From positions 916,562 through 980,561 of the forward strand of contig OY969413.1 in assembly GCA_963699165.1 (NCBI GenBank): 64,000 nt of DNA. Direction: 5' to 3'. This document shows positions 8,550 through 18,466 of the stretch, piece by piece (the first letter of the stretch is position 1; every line of letters begins with the position of its first letter). The notes under the pieces were generated by a model. The model made no database searches and had not been told where the DNA came from. It worked only from the letters and a program-made list of their open reading frames with translations. The translations under genes were made by a program, and so were the position numbers. Source of the DNA: Candidatus Kaiserbacteria bacterium (GTDB taxonomy: Bacteria > Patescibacteriota > Minisyncoccia > Phycocordibacterales > Phycocordibacteraceae).

Positions 8550-9761
8550 ATGCGTACCATCGTTGTACTGGCACTAATTGTTTTCTTACCGATATTTGTC
8601 TCTGCGGCGGCTCTCATAAACATCAACACCGCCGATGTGGCTACGCTTGAGACGCTTCCGCACATCGGAGCAACTCTGGCGAATAGGATTATCGATTACC
8701 GCACTCAAAACGGACCGTTTACGAGCATCACCGGTCTTCAAAAAGTAAGCGGCATCGGTTCCGGCAGCAATTACGCCGACATCGCGCCTCTCATTACGGT
8801 CAGCGACGCGGGTTCCGAAACATCGGGGACGGACAATACCTCAAGTTCGACGGACAGCGTAGCATCGTCGACATCCGACACCGTTTCCGTATCAAGAAGC
8901 GCTTCGCCGTATGTGCCTCCGCCGTCGTCTCTTTCCGTCGATATCGCCGGTTCGGACGATGCACTCGTTGGCGTGCCGCTGCAGCTTTCCGCACAGGTTA
9001 CGACCAAGAGCGGCGCGGATGATCCGTCCGCGCAAGTGTCATGGGGACTCGGAGACGGTTCATCCGCAAGCGGCGTCTCGATTCAAAAAATTTACCGATA
9101 CGCGGGCACCTATCTCGTCCGAGTTACCGCGACCGACGCCGCCGCGACCGCGCAAAATGAAGTTGTTGTTACGGTGCGCTCCGCGGCCGTAAGCATCCCC
9201 GCCGTCTCGGGCGATGGTATTACCGTGGAGAATGATTCAAATACGCAGCTCGACCTGTCGAACTGGTGGCTGCGCTCAAGCGCGGGTTCATTCCACATAT
9301 CGGCCGGAACGGTTATCCTTCCGAATGCGCAGGTTCTTTTTCCTTTCTCCATTATGAATATGCCGATAGCGTTTGACGCGTCGCTTGCGTATCCGGACGG
9401 TGCTTTAGCGGCGCGCTTCGTCCCGCCGCAATCCGTCGCTATTTCGGCAGCCACGGCAACAAGCACGCAGACCGTCGGCGAAACATTTTCGGACATGCAA
9501 CCTTCCGTATCCGACGTGGGTTCTAGTAACCGAGTGCAGAAGGTAGCGGCGGTTTCAAATACCAACCTAAGCGGCACGGCACATGACATTAAACAAGCAG
9601 ACGCCCCCGCAGTGACGACACAGATCGCCGCTGCGGGGGCGGCTATGTCCGCTCCGGTCGCAGATACCGCGGCGTCCGCCTCCGGACCGTTTAAGTCGGC
9701 GTGGGCGCTCGGTCTTCTCGGCATTGTTGCCGCCGCCGGTGGAGCGTTTATTTTTCTCTAA
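8550..9761 (+). CDS. ComEA-type helix-hairpin-helix protein with PKD and lamin-tail-like domains, signal peptide and C-terminal TM
   Basis: ININTADVATLETLPHIGATLANRIIDYRTQNGPFTSITGLQKVSGIG (HhH); WGLGDG...YRYAGTYLVRVT (PKD); ITVEN...LDLSNWWL (LTD-like). Confidence 0.85.
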   Translation: MRTIVVLALIVFLPIFVSAAALININTADVATLETLPHIGATLANRIIDYRTQNGPFTSITGLQKVSGIGSGSNYADIAPLITVSDAGSETSGTDNTSSSTDSVASSTSDTVSVSRSASPYVPPPSSLSVDIAGSDDALVGVPLQLSAQVTTKSGADDPSAQVSWGLGDGSSASGVSIQKIYRYAGTYLVRVTATDAAATAQNEVVVTVRSAAVSIPAVSGDGITVENDSNTQLDLSNWWLRSSAGSFHISAGTVILPNAQVLFPFSIMNMPIAFDASLAYPDGALAARFVPPQSVAISAATATSTQTVGETFSDMQPSVSDVGSSNRVQKVAAVSNTNLSGTAHDIKQADAPAVTTQIAAAGAAMSAPVADTAASASGPFKSAWALGLLGIVAAAGGAFIFL

Positions 9762-10618
9762 TGATGTCCGATAAAAAATTAATTTTGGTAACGGGCGGCG
9801 CGGGCTTTATCGGTTCGCACCTGTGCGCCCGTCTGGCAGCGGAGGGGCATCGCGTCATTTCGCTCGACAACTATTTCACCGGCAGCCGCGAGAATCACGT
9901 GCCGGGCGTGGACTACCGCGAAGGGCACACTAAGGACATCGAAAAGCATGTTCCGGAGACTCCCGACCTCATTTATCACCTGGGAGAATATTCCCGCGTC
10001 GAGAAAAGTTTGCAGGAGCCCGCGCTCGTATGGGATTTAAATAAAGACGGGACATTCGGCGTTCTTGAATTTTGGCGGAAAAAAGGCGGGAAGCTCGTCT
10101 ACGCGGGCTCGTCCACGAAGTTCGGCGATGGCGGTCTCGGCCGCGACCAAAGTCCGTATGCATGGACCAAGGCGACCAATACCGAACTCGTGAAAAATTA
10201 TCACGCGTGGTACGGCCTGCCGTATGCGATTACGTATTTTTACAACGTGTACGGTCCCGGGGAGCGCGCGGGCGCGTACGGCACCGTCATTGAAATTTTC
10301 AAACAGAAACACCTTGCCGGGCAGCCGCTCACGGTAAATGCGCCGGGAACGCAAAAAAGAAATTTTACACACGTGCATGACATCATCGACGGGTTGGTGC
10401 TGGTTGGGGCGGAAGGCGAGGGGGATGATTTCGGCATCGGAGACGAACATGCGTATTCAATCCTCGAAGTTGCGAAATTGTTCGGCGGGGAAATCATCAT
10501 GAATCCAAGCACGCAGGGCAACCGCATGACCTCGGACCTCGCTACGGCAAAAACCCGCGCCCTCGGCTGGTCGCCCAAAGAAAATCTCGCCGACTACATA
10601 CATTCGTCTATTGCATGA
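9761..10618 (+). CDS. NAD-dependent nucleotide-sugar epimerase/dehydratase (extended SDR)
   Basis: TGGAGFIG, YAWTK (YxxxK), NVYGP; start overlaps the upstream TAA. Confidence 0.9.
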   Translation: MMSDKKLILVTGGAGFIGSHLCARLAAEGHRVISLDNYFTGSRENHVPGVDYREGHTKDIEKHVPETPDLIYHLGEYSRVEKSLQEPALVWDLNKDGTFGVLEFWRKKGGKLVYAGSSTKFGDGGLGRDQSPYAWTKATNTELVKNYHAWYGLPYAITYFYNVYGPGERAGAYGTVIEIFKQKHLAGQPLTVNAPGTQKRNFTHVHDIIDGLVLVGAEGEGDDFGIGDEHAYSILEVAKLFGGEIIMNPSTQGNRMTSDLATAKTRALGWSPKENLADYIHSSIA

Positions 10619-11826
10619 AAAAGATACTTATCTTTTCACTCAACTACTATCCATTTGTGGGCGGGGCGGAAGTCGCGGTAAAAGAAATCACCGACCGCAT
10701 TTCTCCGGAGAAGATTGAATTTCATTTGATTGCGTATCGGTTTGATTCCGCATTGCCGCGCGATGAGCACGTCGGCAATGTCCGGGTGCACCGCGTCGGT
10801 TTCGGCCGAAAGGGAACAACGTTGAACGATACGTTTAGCCGTACCGGCTACGTTGCAAAAATTTTCTATGTGCCGTTTGCCGCTCTGGAAGGAATCCTGC
10901 TTCATCGAAAGCATCATTTCGATGGCGCGTGGGCGATGATGAACTATATGGTGTTTCCGCTCGTGCTGATGCGCATGGTCGGTTTGCGATTGCCGTACGT
11001 GCTTACGCTCCAGGAAGGCGACCCGTTTGAGCATGTGTTTGACCGGATGCGCATACGATTTTTTTCGCCGCTTCTTTTTTATGGGATTCGCCATGCCTCC
11101 GCGGTGCAGGCCATCTCGACATTTCTCGGCGCATGGGCGCGCCGATGCGGATTCACGGGCACGCTTGAAATCATTCCGAACGGAGTCGACATAGAGCGAT
11201 TCGCGCATGCGTATGCGCTCGAAGACGTCGTGACGGCGCGCTCGAAAATGAACGCCGGAACGGGCGACACGCTTCTTGTGACCACGTCGCGGCTGGTGCA
11301 TAAAAACGGCATTGACGATGTGATTCGCGCATTGCCGCTGTTGCCGGAGCAGGTGCGTTTTGTCGTGTACGGCATCGGTCCCGATGAAGAAAAACTCCGC
11401 GCGCTTGCGAAAGAATCGAAGGTTGAGAACAGAGTTCATTTTATGGGACATATTGCGCACGGCGAGATGCCGCTCGCGCTTCGGATGTGCGATATCTTCA
11501 TTCGCCCGTCGCGCTCGGAAGGCATGGGCAATTCTTTTATCGAGGCGATGGCGGCCGGTCTGCCGGTCATTGCCACGCAGGAGGGCGGCATCGCGGATTT
11601 TCTATTTGACGCAAATCGCAATCCGCAGAAACCGACGACCGGATGGGCTGTCGATAAAGATTGTCCCGTGCAAATTGCCGAGCAGGTCAAAAATATTCTC
11701 GCCTTTCCGGCGGAAGTTGCGCAGGTCAAGAAAACCGCGCGCGACATGGCGGTGCAGCACTACGATTGGAATACGGTTGCGCGCGCTATGTATGGACTCT
11801 TCGACCGCGTGTTCGAAGGGAAGTAG
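10615..11826 (+). CDS. Glycosyltransferase family 4
   Basis: GGAE, IPNGVD, RLVHKNG, EGMGNSFIEAMAAG (EX7E). Confidence 0.92.
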   Translation: MKKILIFSLNYYPFVGGAEVAVKEITDRISPEKIEFHLIAYRFDSALPRDEHVGNVRVHRVGFGRKGTTLNDTFSRTGYVAKIFYVPFAALEGILLHRKHHFDGAWAMMNYMVFPLVLMRMVGLRLPYVLTLQEGDPFEHVFDRMRIRFFSPLLFYGIRHASAVQAISTFLGAWARRCGFTGTLEIIPNGVDIERFAHAYALEDVVTARSKMNAGTGDTLLVTTSRLVHKNGIDDVIRALPLLPEQVRFVVYGIGPDEEKLRALAKESKVENRVHFMGHIAHGEMPLALRMCDIFIRPSRSEGMGNSFIEAMAAGLPVIATQEGGIADFLFDANRNPQKPTTGWAVDKDCPVQIAEQVKNILAFPAEVAQVKKTARDMAVQHYDWNTVARAMYGLFDRVFEGK

Positions 11827-11835
11827 AATAGGGTT

Positions 11836-13092
11836 ATGAACCACGTTAGAAATCAGACGCAGACGAATACCGACCATTCGAGCGAATCGCCGGACGTAGC
11901 GTCTGCTATTTCTAACGTGGTGAACCCCGAAAAAAATCAGACGCAGACGAATACCGACCATTCGAGCGAATCGCCGCACGTAGCGTCTGCTATTTCTAAC
12001 GCGATGAAGATCGTCATTGCCACGCCGTTGTACCCGCCCGAAATCGGCGGTCCCGCGACCTATGCGAAGCTTTTGGAGGAGGGATTGCCCGGAAAGGGAA
12101 TCGAGGTCGAGCTCGTAAAATTCAGCGATGTTCGGCATTTGCCGAATGCAGTGAGGCAGACCATGTATTGCCGGAACATTTTGAAATGCGCGCGAAGCGC
12201 AGATGTGATTCTCGCGCTCGATGCGGTGAGCGTCGGATGGCCGGTATATGTCGCGAGCTTTTTTTTACGCAAGAAGTTTATAGTCAAAATCGTGGGCGAC
12301 CACATTTGGGAGCAAGGCACGCAGCGTTTTGGCGTGACTGACACGCTCGATAATTTTCCGCGATTCTTATGGAGATGGCACCCGTATCTTTGGTTTTTGC
12401 GCGCATTGCAGCTGCGCGTGGCGCGAAGCGCCACGCGGATTATCGTGCCGAGCGAGTATCTAAAGCGAATCGTTTCGGCGTGGGGCGTGCCGTCTGAAAA
12501 AATCCACGTCGTTTACAATGCCGTGACGCTTGAAGCGGCCGGAATCGTTCCTCCGCCGGTTGCCGCATTGCCGCACCCGCTCGTCGTTACCGCCGGCCGG
12601 CTTGTTCCGTGGAAAAATATCGACGGCGTGATTGATGCGGTGTCGGGCATCGCGGGAGCATCGCTTGTCGTTATCGGCGACGGTCCGCTGCGCGCGGAAC
12701 TTGAAAAGCGCGCGCAAGAGAAATTAACGGGACGTTTTATTTTTACCGGTGCGCTGTCACACAAAGACACGCTTGCCGTGATGCAGTCCGCGGATGCGCT
12801 CGCGCTTAATTCGACGTACGAAGGGTTGTCGCACCTGCTCATCGAGTCGCTCATGCTCGGCGTGCCGACAATTGCGACGAACGTCGGCGGCAATCCGGAA
12901 GTCATCATGGACGGCGAAGACGGATTGCTCGTCCCATCTAATGATGCATCGGCGCTCGCGGGCGCACTTTCCCGCGTGCTCGGCGATGATGCCTTTCGCG
13001 CGCGTCTGTCGGCGCGCGCGAAAGAATCATCGAAACGTTTTTCGGTCGAAGTAATGCTCGAGGCGACGGTTTCGGAATTCAAGAACATATGA
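11836..13092 (+). CDS. Glycosyltransferase family 4 (core starts MKIVIA at 12004; 56-aa repeat extension comes from the inserted elements)
   Basis: YPPEIGGPATY, GRLVPWKN, EGLSHLLIE motifs. Confidence 0.9.
   Translation: MNHVRNQTQTNTDHSSESPDVASAISNVVNPEKNQTQTNTDHSSESPHVASAISNAMKIVIATPLYPPEIGGPATYAKLLEEGLPGKGIEVELVKFSDVRHLPNAVRQTMYCRNILKCARSADVILALDAVSVGWPVYVASFFLRKKFIVKIVGDHIWEQGTQRFGVTDTLDNFPRFLWRWHPYLWFLRALQLRVARSATRIIVPSEYLKRIVSAWGVPSEKIHVVYNAVTLEAAGIVPPPVAALPHPLVVTAGRLVPWKNIDGVIDAVSGIAGASLVVIGDGPLRAELEKRAQEKLTGRFIFTGALSHKDTLAVMQSADALALNSTYEGLSHLLIESLMLGVPTIATNVGGNPEVIMDGEDGLLVPSNDASALAGALSRVLGDDAFRARLSARAKESSKRFSVEVMLEATVSEFKNI
11841..12004 (+). mobile_element. Two tandem 80-bp palindromic miniature elements inserted in frame at a GT4 start codon, separated and flanked by TGAA
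   Basis: TGAA|CCACGTTAGAAAT...ATTTCTAACGTGG|TGAA|CCCCGAAAAAAAT...ATTTCTAACGCGA|TGAA. Period 84 bp; copy 1 has perfect 13-bp terminal inverted repeats plus an inner CAGACGC/GCGTCTG stem. Confidence 0.75.
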
Positions 13093-14210
13093 AAGCGCTT
13101 TTTGTATCCAACGACCCGGCTATTTTCACGGAGGCGAGTGCGGTTCGTGCGCGCATGCGCTCGTACGCAAATGCGATAGGGGAGCTGCACATTCTTTCGT
13201 CTGCGCGCAGGGATGCGCGCGAAGAGCGGGACGGGAATCTTTTTCTGCACCCGGTGCATGTTCCCAAATTATTCAGAGTCAGAGTGCTTACGTCGCGGGC
13301 GCGTTCGCTCATCCAAAAATACGGCATCGAAGTCGTGTCCGCGCAGGATCCGTTTGAGCACGGACGAGCGGCACTTCGCGCCGCACGCGGCACGCCCGCA
13401 AAACTGCACATTCAGGTTCACACGGATTTTCTCTCTCCGTGGTTTGTGAAAGGCGGCAGTGCGTTTGCCGCGCTATTGAACCGGTATCGCCAAACGGTCG
13501 CCGATGAAGTGTTGCCGTCGGCTCACGGCATTCGCGTCGTGTCCGAGCGCGTCAAAACGTCGCTTGTTGCGCGCTACGGCTCCCGCATTCCCGAACCGGC
13601 GGTGATTCCGATTGCGGTCGATGCCGCGCTTCCCGCATCGATTCCGCTTCCGCCGCATCCGTTTACATTTGCGATCATCGCAGTCGGGCGGCTTGAACCG
13701 GAGAAGCGCATCGAGGACATTCTGGCGGCGTTAAAATTCGTAAACGTTCAGTATAAAATCGTCGGACTTTTCATCGTCGGAGATGGCCGCGAACGCCGCC
13801 GGCTCGAGAAACTCATTCGCACGCTCGGTCTTGATGCGCAGGTCCTATTTCTCGGTGAACGTCCGGATGCGCGCGGACTCATGGGAAGCGCGCAGGCATT
13901 TGTTCAGGCAAGCGCGTATGAAGGATACGGCCGTACGCTCGTTGAAGCGGCGCTTGCGGAAGTGCCGATTATTACGACGGACGTCGGCATCGTCGGAGAC
14001 GTCTTTAAGAAAGACGAGGACGCGCTTGTCGTTCCCATCGCCAAGCCCATTGCCTACGCGCATGCAATCATTCAGCTGCTCGAGGACAATAACATGCGGG
14101 AGAACATGAAAATACATGCCAAGGAAAAGGCGCTCGGACACCTTGCTTCCGTAAGCGATTTGCCCGGCCGCATTGCCGCGGATTTGGAAGCAGCCCGACT
14201 TCATCGGTAA
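13089..14210 (+). CDS. Glycosyltransferase family 4
   Basis: VGRLEPEK, EGYGRTLVEA, TTDVG. Confidence 0.9.
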   Translation: MKALFVSNDPAIFTEASAVRARMRSYANAIGELHILSSARRDAREERDGNLFLHPVHVPKLFRVRVLTSRARSLIQKYGIEVVSAQDPFEHGRAALRAARGTPAKLHIQVHTDFLSPWFVKGGSAFAALLNRYRQTVADEVLPSAHGIRVVSERVKTSLVARYGSRIPEPAVIPIAVDAALPASIPLPPHPFTFAIIAVGRLEPEKRIEDILAALKFVNVQYKIVGLFIVGDGRERRRLEKLIRTLGLDAQVLFLGERPDARGLMGSAQAFVQASAYEGYGRTLVEAALAEVPIITTDVGIVGDVFKKDEDALVVPIAKPIAYAHAIIQLLEDNNMRENMKIHAKEKALGHLASVSDLPGRIAADLEAARLHR

Positions 14211-14299
14211 TGCATCTTTGCATAGGACGCGTCGGTTATAGCGAGTATGGCGCTCTCCTCGTACGAAATGGTATAGTGCCTTCTGAATAACAACACAAA

Positions 14300-15241
14300 A
14301 TGGCAAAAACATCGGAAAATGCCGGTAAAAAATCGGGTTCAAAAAAGTCCGCAAAAACCTTAAAACCGCTCATCGGTTTTATTGGAAATGGATTTATCGG
14401 CAGAAATTATTCCGACGATTTCGAGCGCCGCGGGTATACCGTTATCCGATACTCGCTTGAGGAACCGTATCGCAGCAACAAAGAAAAGATACGGAATTGC
14501 GACATTGTGTTCATCGCGGTGCCGACGCCGACGACACCGAAAGGATTTGACTGTTCGATTGTGCGCGAAGCGGTCGGCCTCGCGGGGAATGGAAAAATAG
14601 TCGTCATCAAGTCGACGTTGCAGCCCGGCTCAACGGAGGAATTGCAAAAAAAATATCCCGATCGGCTCGTGATGCACTCGCCGGAATTTTTGCGCGAAGC
14701 GACGGCCGCGTATGATGCTTCGCACCCCGAGCGAAACATAGTCGGCATTCCGACCGATACGAAGAAATACCGCGATGCGGCGCATACGGTGATCTCCGTT
14801 CTGCCGAAAGCGCCGTACGAGCTTGTTTGCAAGGCGCGCGAAGCGGAGCATATCAAGCAGGCGGGCAACGCATTTTTCTACTTTAAAGTCATATTTGCAA
14901 ACCTCATCCACGACGTTGCGGAGGCGGACGGGTGCGATTGGGAAGTGTTGTCGAATGCGCTTGCGGCCGATTCGCGCATCGGGCGTTCGCACTTGAAGGT
15001 CAAGCACGAAAGCCGTCCGGGCGAAAAGCCGGGACGCGGCGCGGGCGGCCACTGCCTCATCAAGGACTTCGCCGTGTTGCGCGCGCTCTACGGGAAGCGT
15101 CTGCCGAAGGACACATACGGCCAAGCGGTGTTCCGCGCCGTTGAAGAAAAAAACAAGCATTTACTCGTGGAAAACAAAAAGGACCTCGACCTGCTCCAAA
15201 ACGTATATGGCCCGCTTTCGACGTGGTATGGCAAAAAATAA
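14300..15241 (+). CDS. UDP-glucose/GDP-mannose dehydrogenase family protein (short form lacking the C-terminal domain)
   Basis: GNGFIG, AVPTP, KST, PEFLRE, catalytic K (HIKQAGN) and GGHCLIKD. Confidence 0.85.
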   Translation: MAKTSENAGKKSGSKKSAKTLKPLIGFIGNGFIGRNYSDDFERRGYTVIRYSLEEPYRSNKEKIRNCDIVFIAVPTPTTPKGFDCSIVREAVGLAGNGKIVVIKSTLQPGSTEELQKKYPDRLVMHSPEFLREATAAYDASHPERNIVGIPTDTKKYRDAAHTVISVLPKAPYELVCKAREAEHIKQAGNAFFYFKVIFANLIHDVAEADGCDWEVLSNALAADSRIGRSHLKVKHESRPGEKPGRGAGGHCLIKDFAVLRALYGKRLPKDTYGQAVFRAVEEKNKHLLVENKKDLDLLQNVYGPLSTWYGKK

Positions 15242-16238
15242 AAATCGCGCGAAGAAAATAGTCGTCACGGGCGCCGCGGGCTTCATCGGCTATCATGTTT
15301 CGCTCGCGCTGCTTGAGCGCGGCTGGAAAGTGGTCGGCATCGACAATATCGGCGACTACTACGACCCGCGCATGAAATACAAGCGGCTTGCGATGCTGAA
15401 AAAGCATCCGCAATTCGTATTTCGAAAAGTGAACATTGCGAAATTCGAGGCCTTGCAGAAAATGTTAAAAGAAGAGAAACCCGATGAGGTGTTGCATTTG
15501 GCGGCGCAGCCGGGCGTGCGGTACTCGCTCACAAATCCATGGACATACATCGAGTCGAATGAAATTGGCACGCTGAACGTTTTTGAATGCGCGCATCGCC
15601 TGAAGCTTCCGCGCGTCGTGTATGCGTCTTCGAGCTCGGTGTACGGCGCAAATGAGAAATCGCCCATGAGCGAAGACGATCGCGCCGATCGGCAGATTGC
15701 GGTCTATGGCGTTACGAAAAAGGCCAACGAGGCGCTCGCGCATGCCTATAATCATCTGTATGGCATCGAGATGATAGGCCTCCGGTTTTTTACGGTGTAC
15801 GGCACGTGGTATCGTCCCGACCTTGCGCTCTACAAATTCGTAAAAAATATTCTCACGGGCAAGCCCATCGACGTGTACAACCGCGGCGATATGAAGCGCA
15901 GCTTTACGCATATCTCGGACGTCGTCGACGGCGTTCTTGCCGTTTTGAAACAAAAGCCGCATGGACGAAATGAAATTTACAATCTCGGCGGCGCCGAGGC
16001 GGTGCCGCTTTTGGAATTCATCAAGGCCATCGAGGATGCGTCGGGAAAGACGGCGAAGAAGCGCATGCTGCCGATGCAGGCCGGCGATGTGCATGAGACG
16101 TTCGCTGACTGGTCGAAAGCGAATCGGGAGCTCGGCTTCGTGCCGAGAAAAGACATGCGCGAGGGCATCGCCGAATTCGTAGCGTGGTTTCGCGAGAATG
16201 AAACGTTTCTGCTCTCGCTCGGGGAGTCGAAGCAATAA
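15228..16238 (+). CDS. UDP-glucuronate 4-epimerase-like SDR
   Basis: VTGAAGFIGYH, HLAAQPGVRYS, YASSSSVYG, YGVTK, LRFFTVYG, RPDLA. Confidence 0.88.
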   Translation: MAKNKNRAKKIVVTGAAGFIGYHVSLALLERGWKVVGIDNIGDYYDPRMKYKRLAMLKKHPQFVFRKVNIAKFEALQKMLKEEKPDEVLHLAAQPGVRYSLTNPWTYIESNEIGTLNVFECAHRLKLPRVVYASSSSVYGANEKSPMSEDDRADRQIAVYGVTKKANEALAHAYNHLYGIEMIGLRFFTVYGTWYRPDLALYKFVKNILTGKPIDVYNRGDMKRSFTHISDVVDGVLAVLKQKPHGRNEIYNLGGAEAVPLLEFIKAIEDASGKTAKKRMLPMQAGDVHETFADWSKANRELGFVPRKDMREGIAEFVAWFRENETFLLSLGESKQ

Positions 16239-16248
16239 TCGGGCTTGA

Positions 16249-17691
16249 ATGAAATTACTCATCGTTACACAGGCCGTCGATAGCGAGAACCCGGTGCTCG
16301 GGTTTTTTGTGCGCTGGATTAAGGAGTTGGCGAAGCATTTCGAGCGCGTCGAAGTCATTTGCCTATGGGAAGGGAAGCACGAACTGCCGGCAAATGTGCG
16401 GGTGTATTCGCTCGGGAAAGAACGCGGCGCGGTAAACCGCGCCGCGTATTCGTTCCGCTTTCTTTCCCTGGCATGGCATTTGCAGCGCGATTATGATTCG
16501 GTCTTCGTGCATATGAATCAGGAATATATTTTGATTGCCGGGTGGCTGTGGGGATTGCTCGGCAAACGCATCTATATGTGGCGGAACCACTATGCCGGTT
16601 CGCGCGAGACCGACATCGCCGCATCTTTTTGCAGCAAAGTATTTTGCACCTCGCGGCATTCGTATACGGCAAAATATGAAAAAACCGTTTTCATGCCGGT
16701 GGGTGTGGACACCGAACGTTTTTGCCCGGATGCAAGCGTCAATCGAAAGCCGCATTCGATTCTTTTTCTTGCGCGCATGTCGCCCTCAAAGCGTCCGGAA
16801 ATGCTCATCGACGCGCTTGCAACGCTTGCACGCGCAAACACCGATTTTTCCGCCGCCTTTGTCGGCTCGCCGCCGCCCCAAGATGAGCGCTATTACCAGG
16901 ACCTAAAAAAGAAAGCGGAAACACTCGGACTTGCAAACCGGATTTCATTTTTGTCGGCGGTTCCAAACAGCGAGACAGCCGGCCTGTATCGGGCGCACGA
17001 TATTTTCGTGAACACGTCGCGCTCGGGGATGCTCGATAAAACCATTTTTGAGGCCGCGGCGTGCGGCTGTCTCTCTATCGCGGCAAGCGATGACTGGGCA
17101 GCGCAGATCGGCGAAGAATTGTCTTTCGCGGGCGGCGATGCGGATGCCCTCGCTCGGAAGCTTACGAAGCTTCTTGATCTTTCAAAAACCGGACGAGAAA
17201 CGCAAGTCAATCGTCTTCGCATACAGGTGTCCGCGAATTCGCTTTCGCATCTCGGGGACATCCTTTCAGGCGATCTCGAAGCCGACACGTCGGACAACAA
17301 TGCGGCGTTATTGACGCGCTACGTTGCGGCCGGGACCATCGCAACGGTTGCAACGCTCGCACTCACCGCAATTTTGTCGGCGTTTACCTCCCTCAACTAT
17401 CTTTTGGCCGTAACGCTGGCGTACGTCCTCGGAATTTTCTTAACATTTGCGCTCCAGAAATATTACACGTTTCGAAGTTTTGACCATTCGAATGCGGGGA
17501 AACAACTTCTAAAGTTTACGCTTGTGGCGATACTGAATCTGTTCGTCAATGACATTCTCGTGTATCTTCTCGTCGGTGTTTTGCATGTAGATATCGTGGT
17601 GCTGGCGCAGACAATCGCGGTGACCGTCATCGCGTGCTACAGCTTTTTTCTTGATCGCTACAGCATCTTCCGAAGCGGAAAAAAATCATGA
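16249..17691 (+). CDS. Glycosyltransferase family 4 fused to a C-terminal GtrA-like membrane domain
   Basis: GT4 core (ARMSPSKR, DKTIFEAAACG) followed by ~130 aa with four hydrophobic segments and FALQKYYTFR (GtrA pattern). Confidence 0.8.
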   Translation: MKLLIVTQAVDSENPVLGFFVRWIKELAKHFERVEVICLWEGKHELPANVRVYSLGKERGAVNRAAYSFRFLSLAWHLQRDYDSVFVHMNQEYILIAGWLWGLLGKRIYMWRNHYAGSRETDIAASFCSKVFCTSRHSYTAKYEKTVFMPVGVDTERFCPDASVNRKPHSILFLARMSPSKRPEMLIDALATLARANTDFSAAFVGSPPPQDERYYQDLKKKAETLGLANRISFLSAVPNSETAGLYRAHDIFVNTSRSGMLDKTIFEAAACGCLSIAASDDWAAQIGEELSFAGGDADALARKLTKLLDLSKTGRETQVNRLRIQVSANSLSHLGDILSGDLEADTSDNNAALLTRYVAAGTIATVATLALTAILSAFTSLNYLLAVTLAYVLGIFLTFALQKYYTFRSFDHSNAGKQLLKFTLVAILNLFVNDILVYLLVGVLHVDIVVLAQTIAVTVIACYSFFLDRYSIFRSGKKS

Positions 17692-18407
17692 AAGTCGACA
17701 TTTGCATTCCCGCATACAACGAAGCGCCGATAATCGCGGATACGGTTCGCGCGGTAGTCGCCGAGCTCGGAACCACTCCAAACATCTCGTGGCGGATTAT
17801 CGTCGCCGACAACGGCTCAACCGATGGAACGGCCGACGCCGTCAAAGCACTCGCTATTCCGAATGTCTCGGTTCTTTCCATCAAAACGAAAGGGAAGGGT
17901 GCCGCCGTTGTCGCGGCAGCTAAAGCGTCAACTGCGGATGTATTCGGATTTATCGATGCCGATCTTTCCGCCGATCCGAGCAACATTCGATATCTCCTCG
18001 CCGTTCTCTCCGGTGCCGATGTCGTTATCGGCTCGCGTCTTTTGAAAGAAGCTCGAGTCGACCGCAGTTGGTGGCGTTCATTATCATCCTCGTTGTTTAA
18101 TTTTGCGCGCCGCCGGATGCTCGGCATTCGCGTTGCCGATACCCAATGCGGGCTTAAATTGACCAATGAGAAGGGTCGCCGCGAACTAACCGCCTGTCAG
18201 GAACAAGGTTGGTTTTTTGATGTCGAGTGGCTTGCCCGAGCGAGCGGTTCGAACCTTCGCATCAGGGAAATTCCCATTTCTTGGACGGAACAACGGTTTG
18301 CGGGAAGAAGAGCAAAACTCGACATTCTGGCGGACGGCATGCAGTCAATCGGCGCTTTCTCGCGCATCCGAAACCGGCTAAAGCTCGAAGCGACTCGCGG
18401 CGCCTAA
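17688..18407 (+). CDS. Glycosyltransferase family 2 (polyprenol-phosphate glycosyltransferase-like)
   Basis: IPAYNE, DNGSTD, GKGAA, DAD, DTQCGLK. Confidence 0.9.
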   Translation: MKVDICIPAYNEAPIIADTVRAVVAELGTTPNISWRIIVADNGSTDGTADAVKALAIPNVSVLSIKTKGKGAAVVAAAKASTADVFGFIDADLSADPSNIRYLLAVLSGADVVIGSRLLKEARVDRSWWRSLSSSLFNFARRRMLGIRVADTQCGLKLTNEKGRRELTACQEQGWFFDVEWLARASGSNLRIREIPISWTEQRFAGRRAKLDILADGMQSIGAFSRIRNRLKLEATRGA

Positions 18408-18466
18408 TGCGGTCAAAGGCCGGCTCCAATGTCGATTCTTTGTGCTCTGGTATACTCAATTTGCTT

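Noticed and set aside
11836-12008. CRISPR array or simple protein tandem repeat
   Set aside because: Only two units, with near-identical interiors rather than unique spacers, and no cas genes; the ends match the element at 29434-29710.
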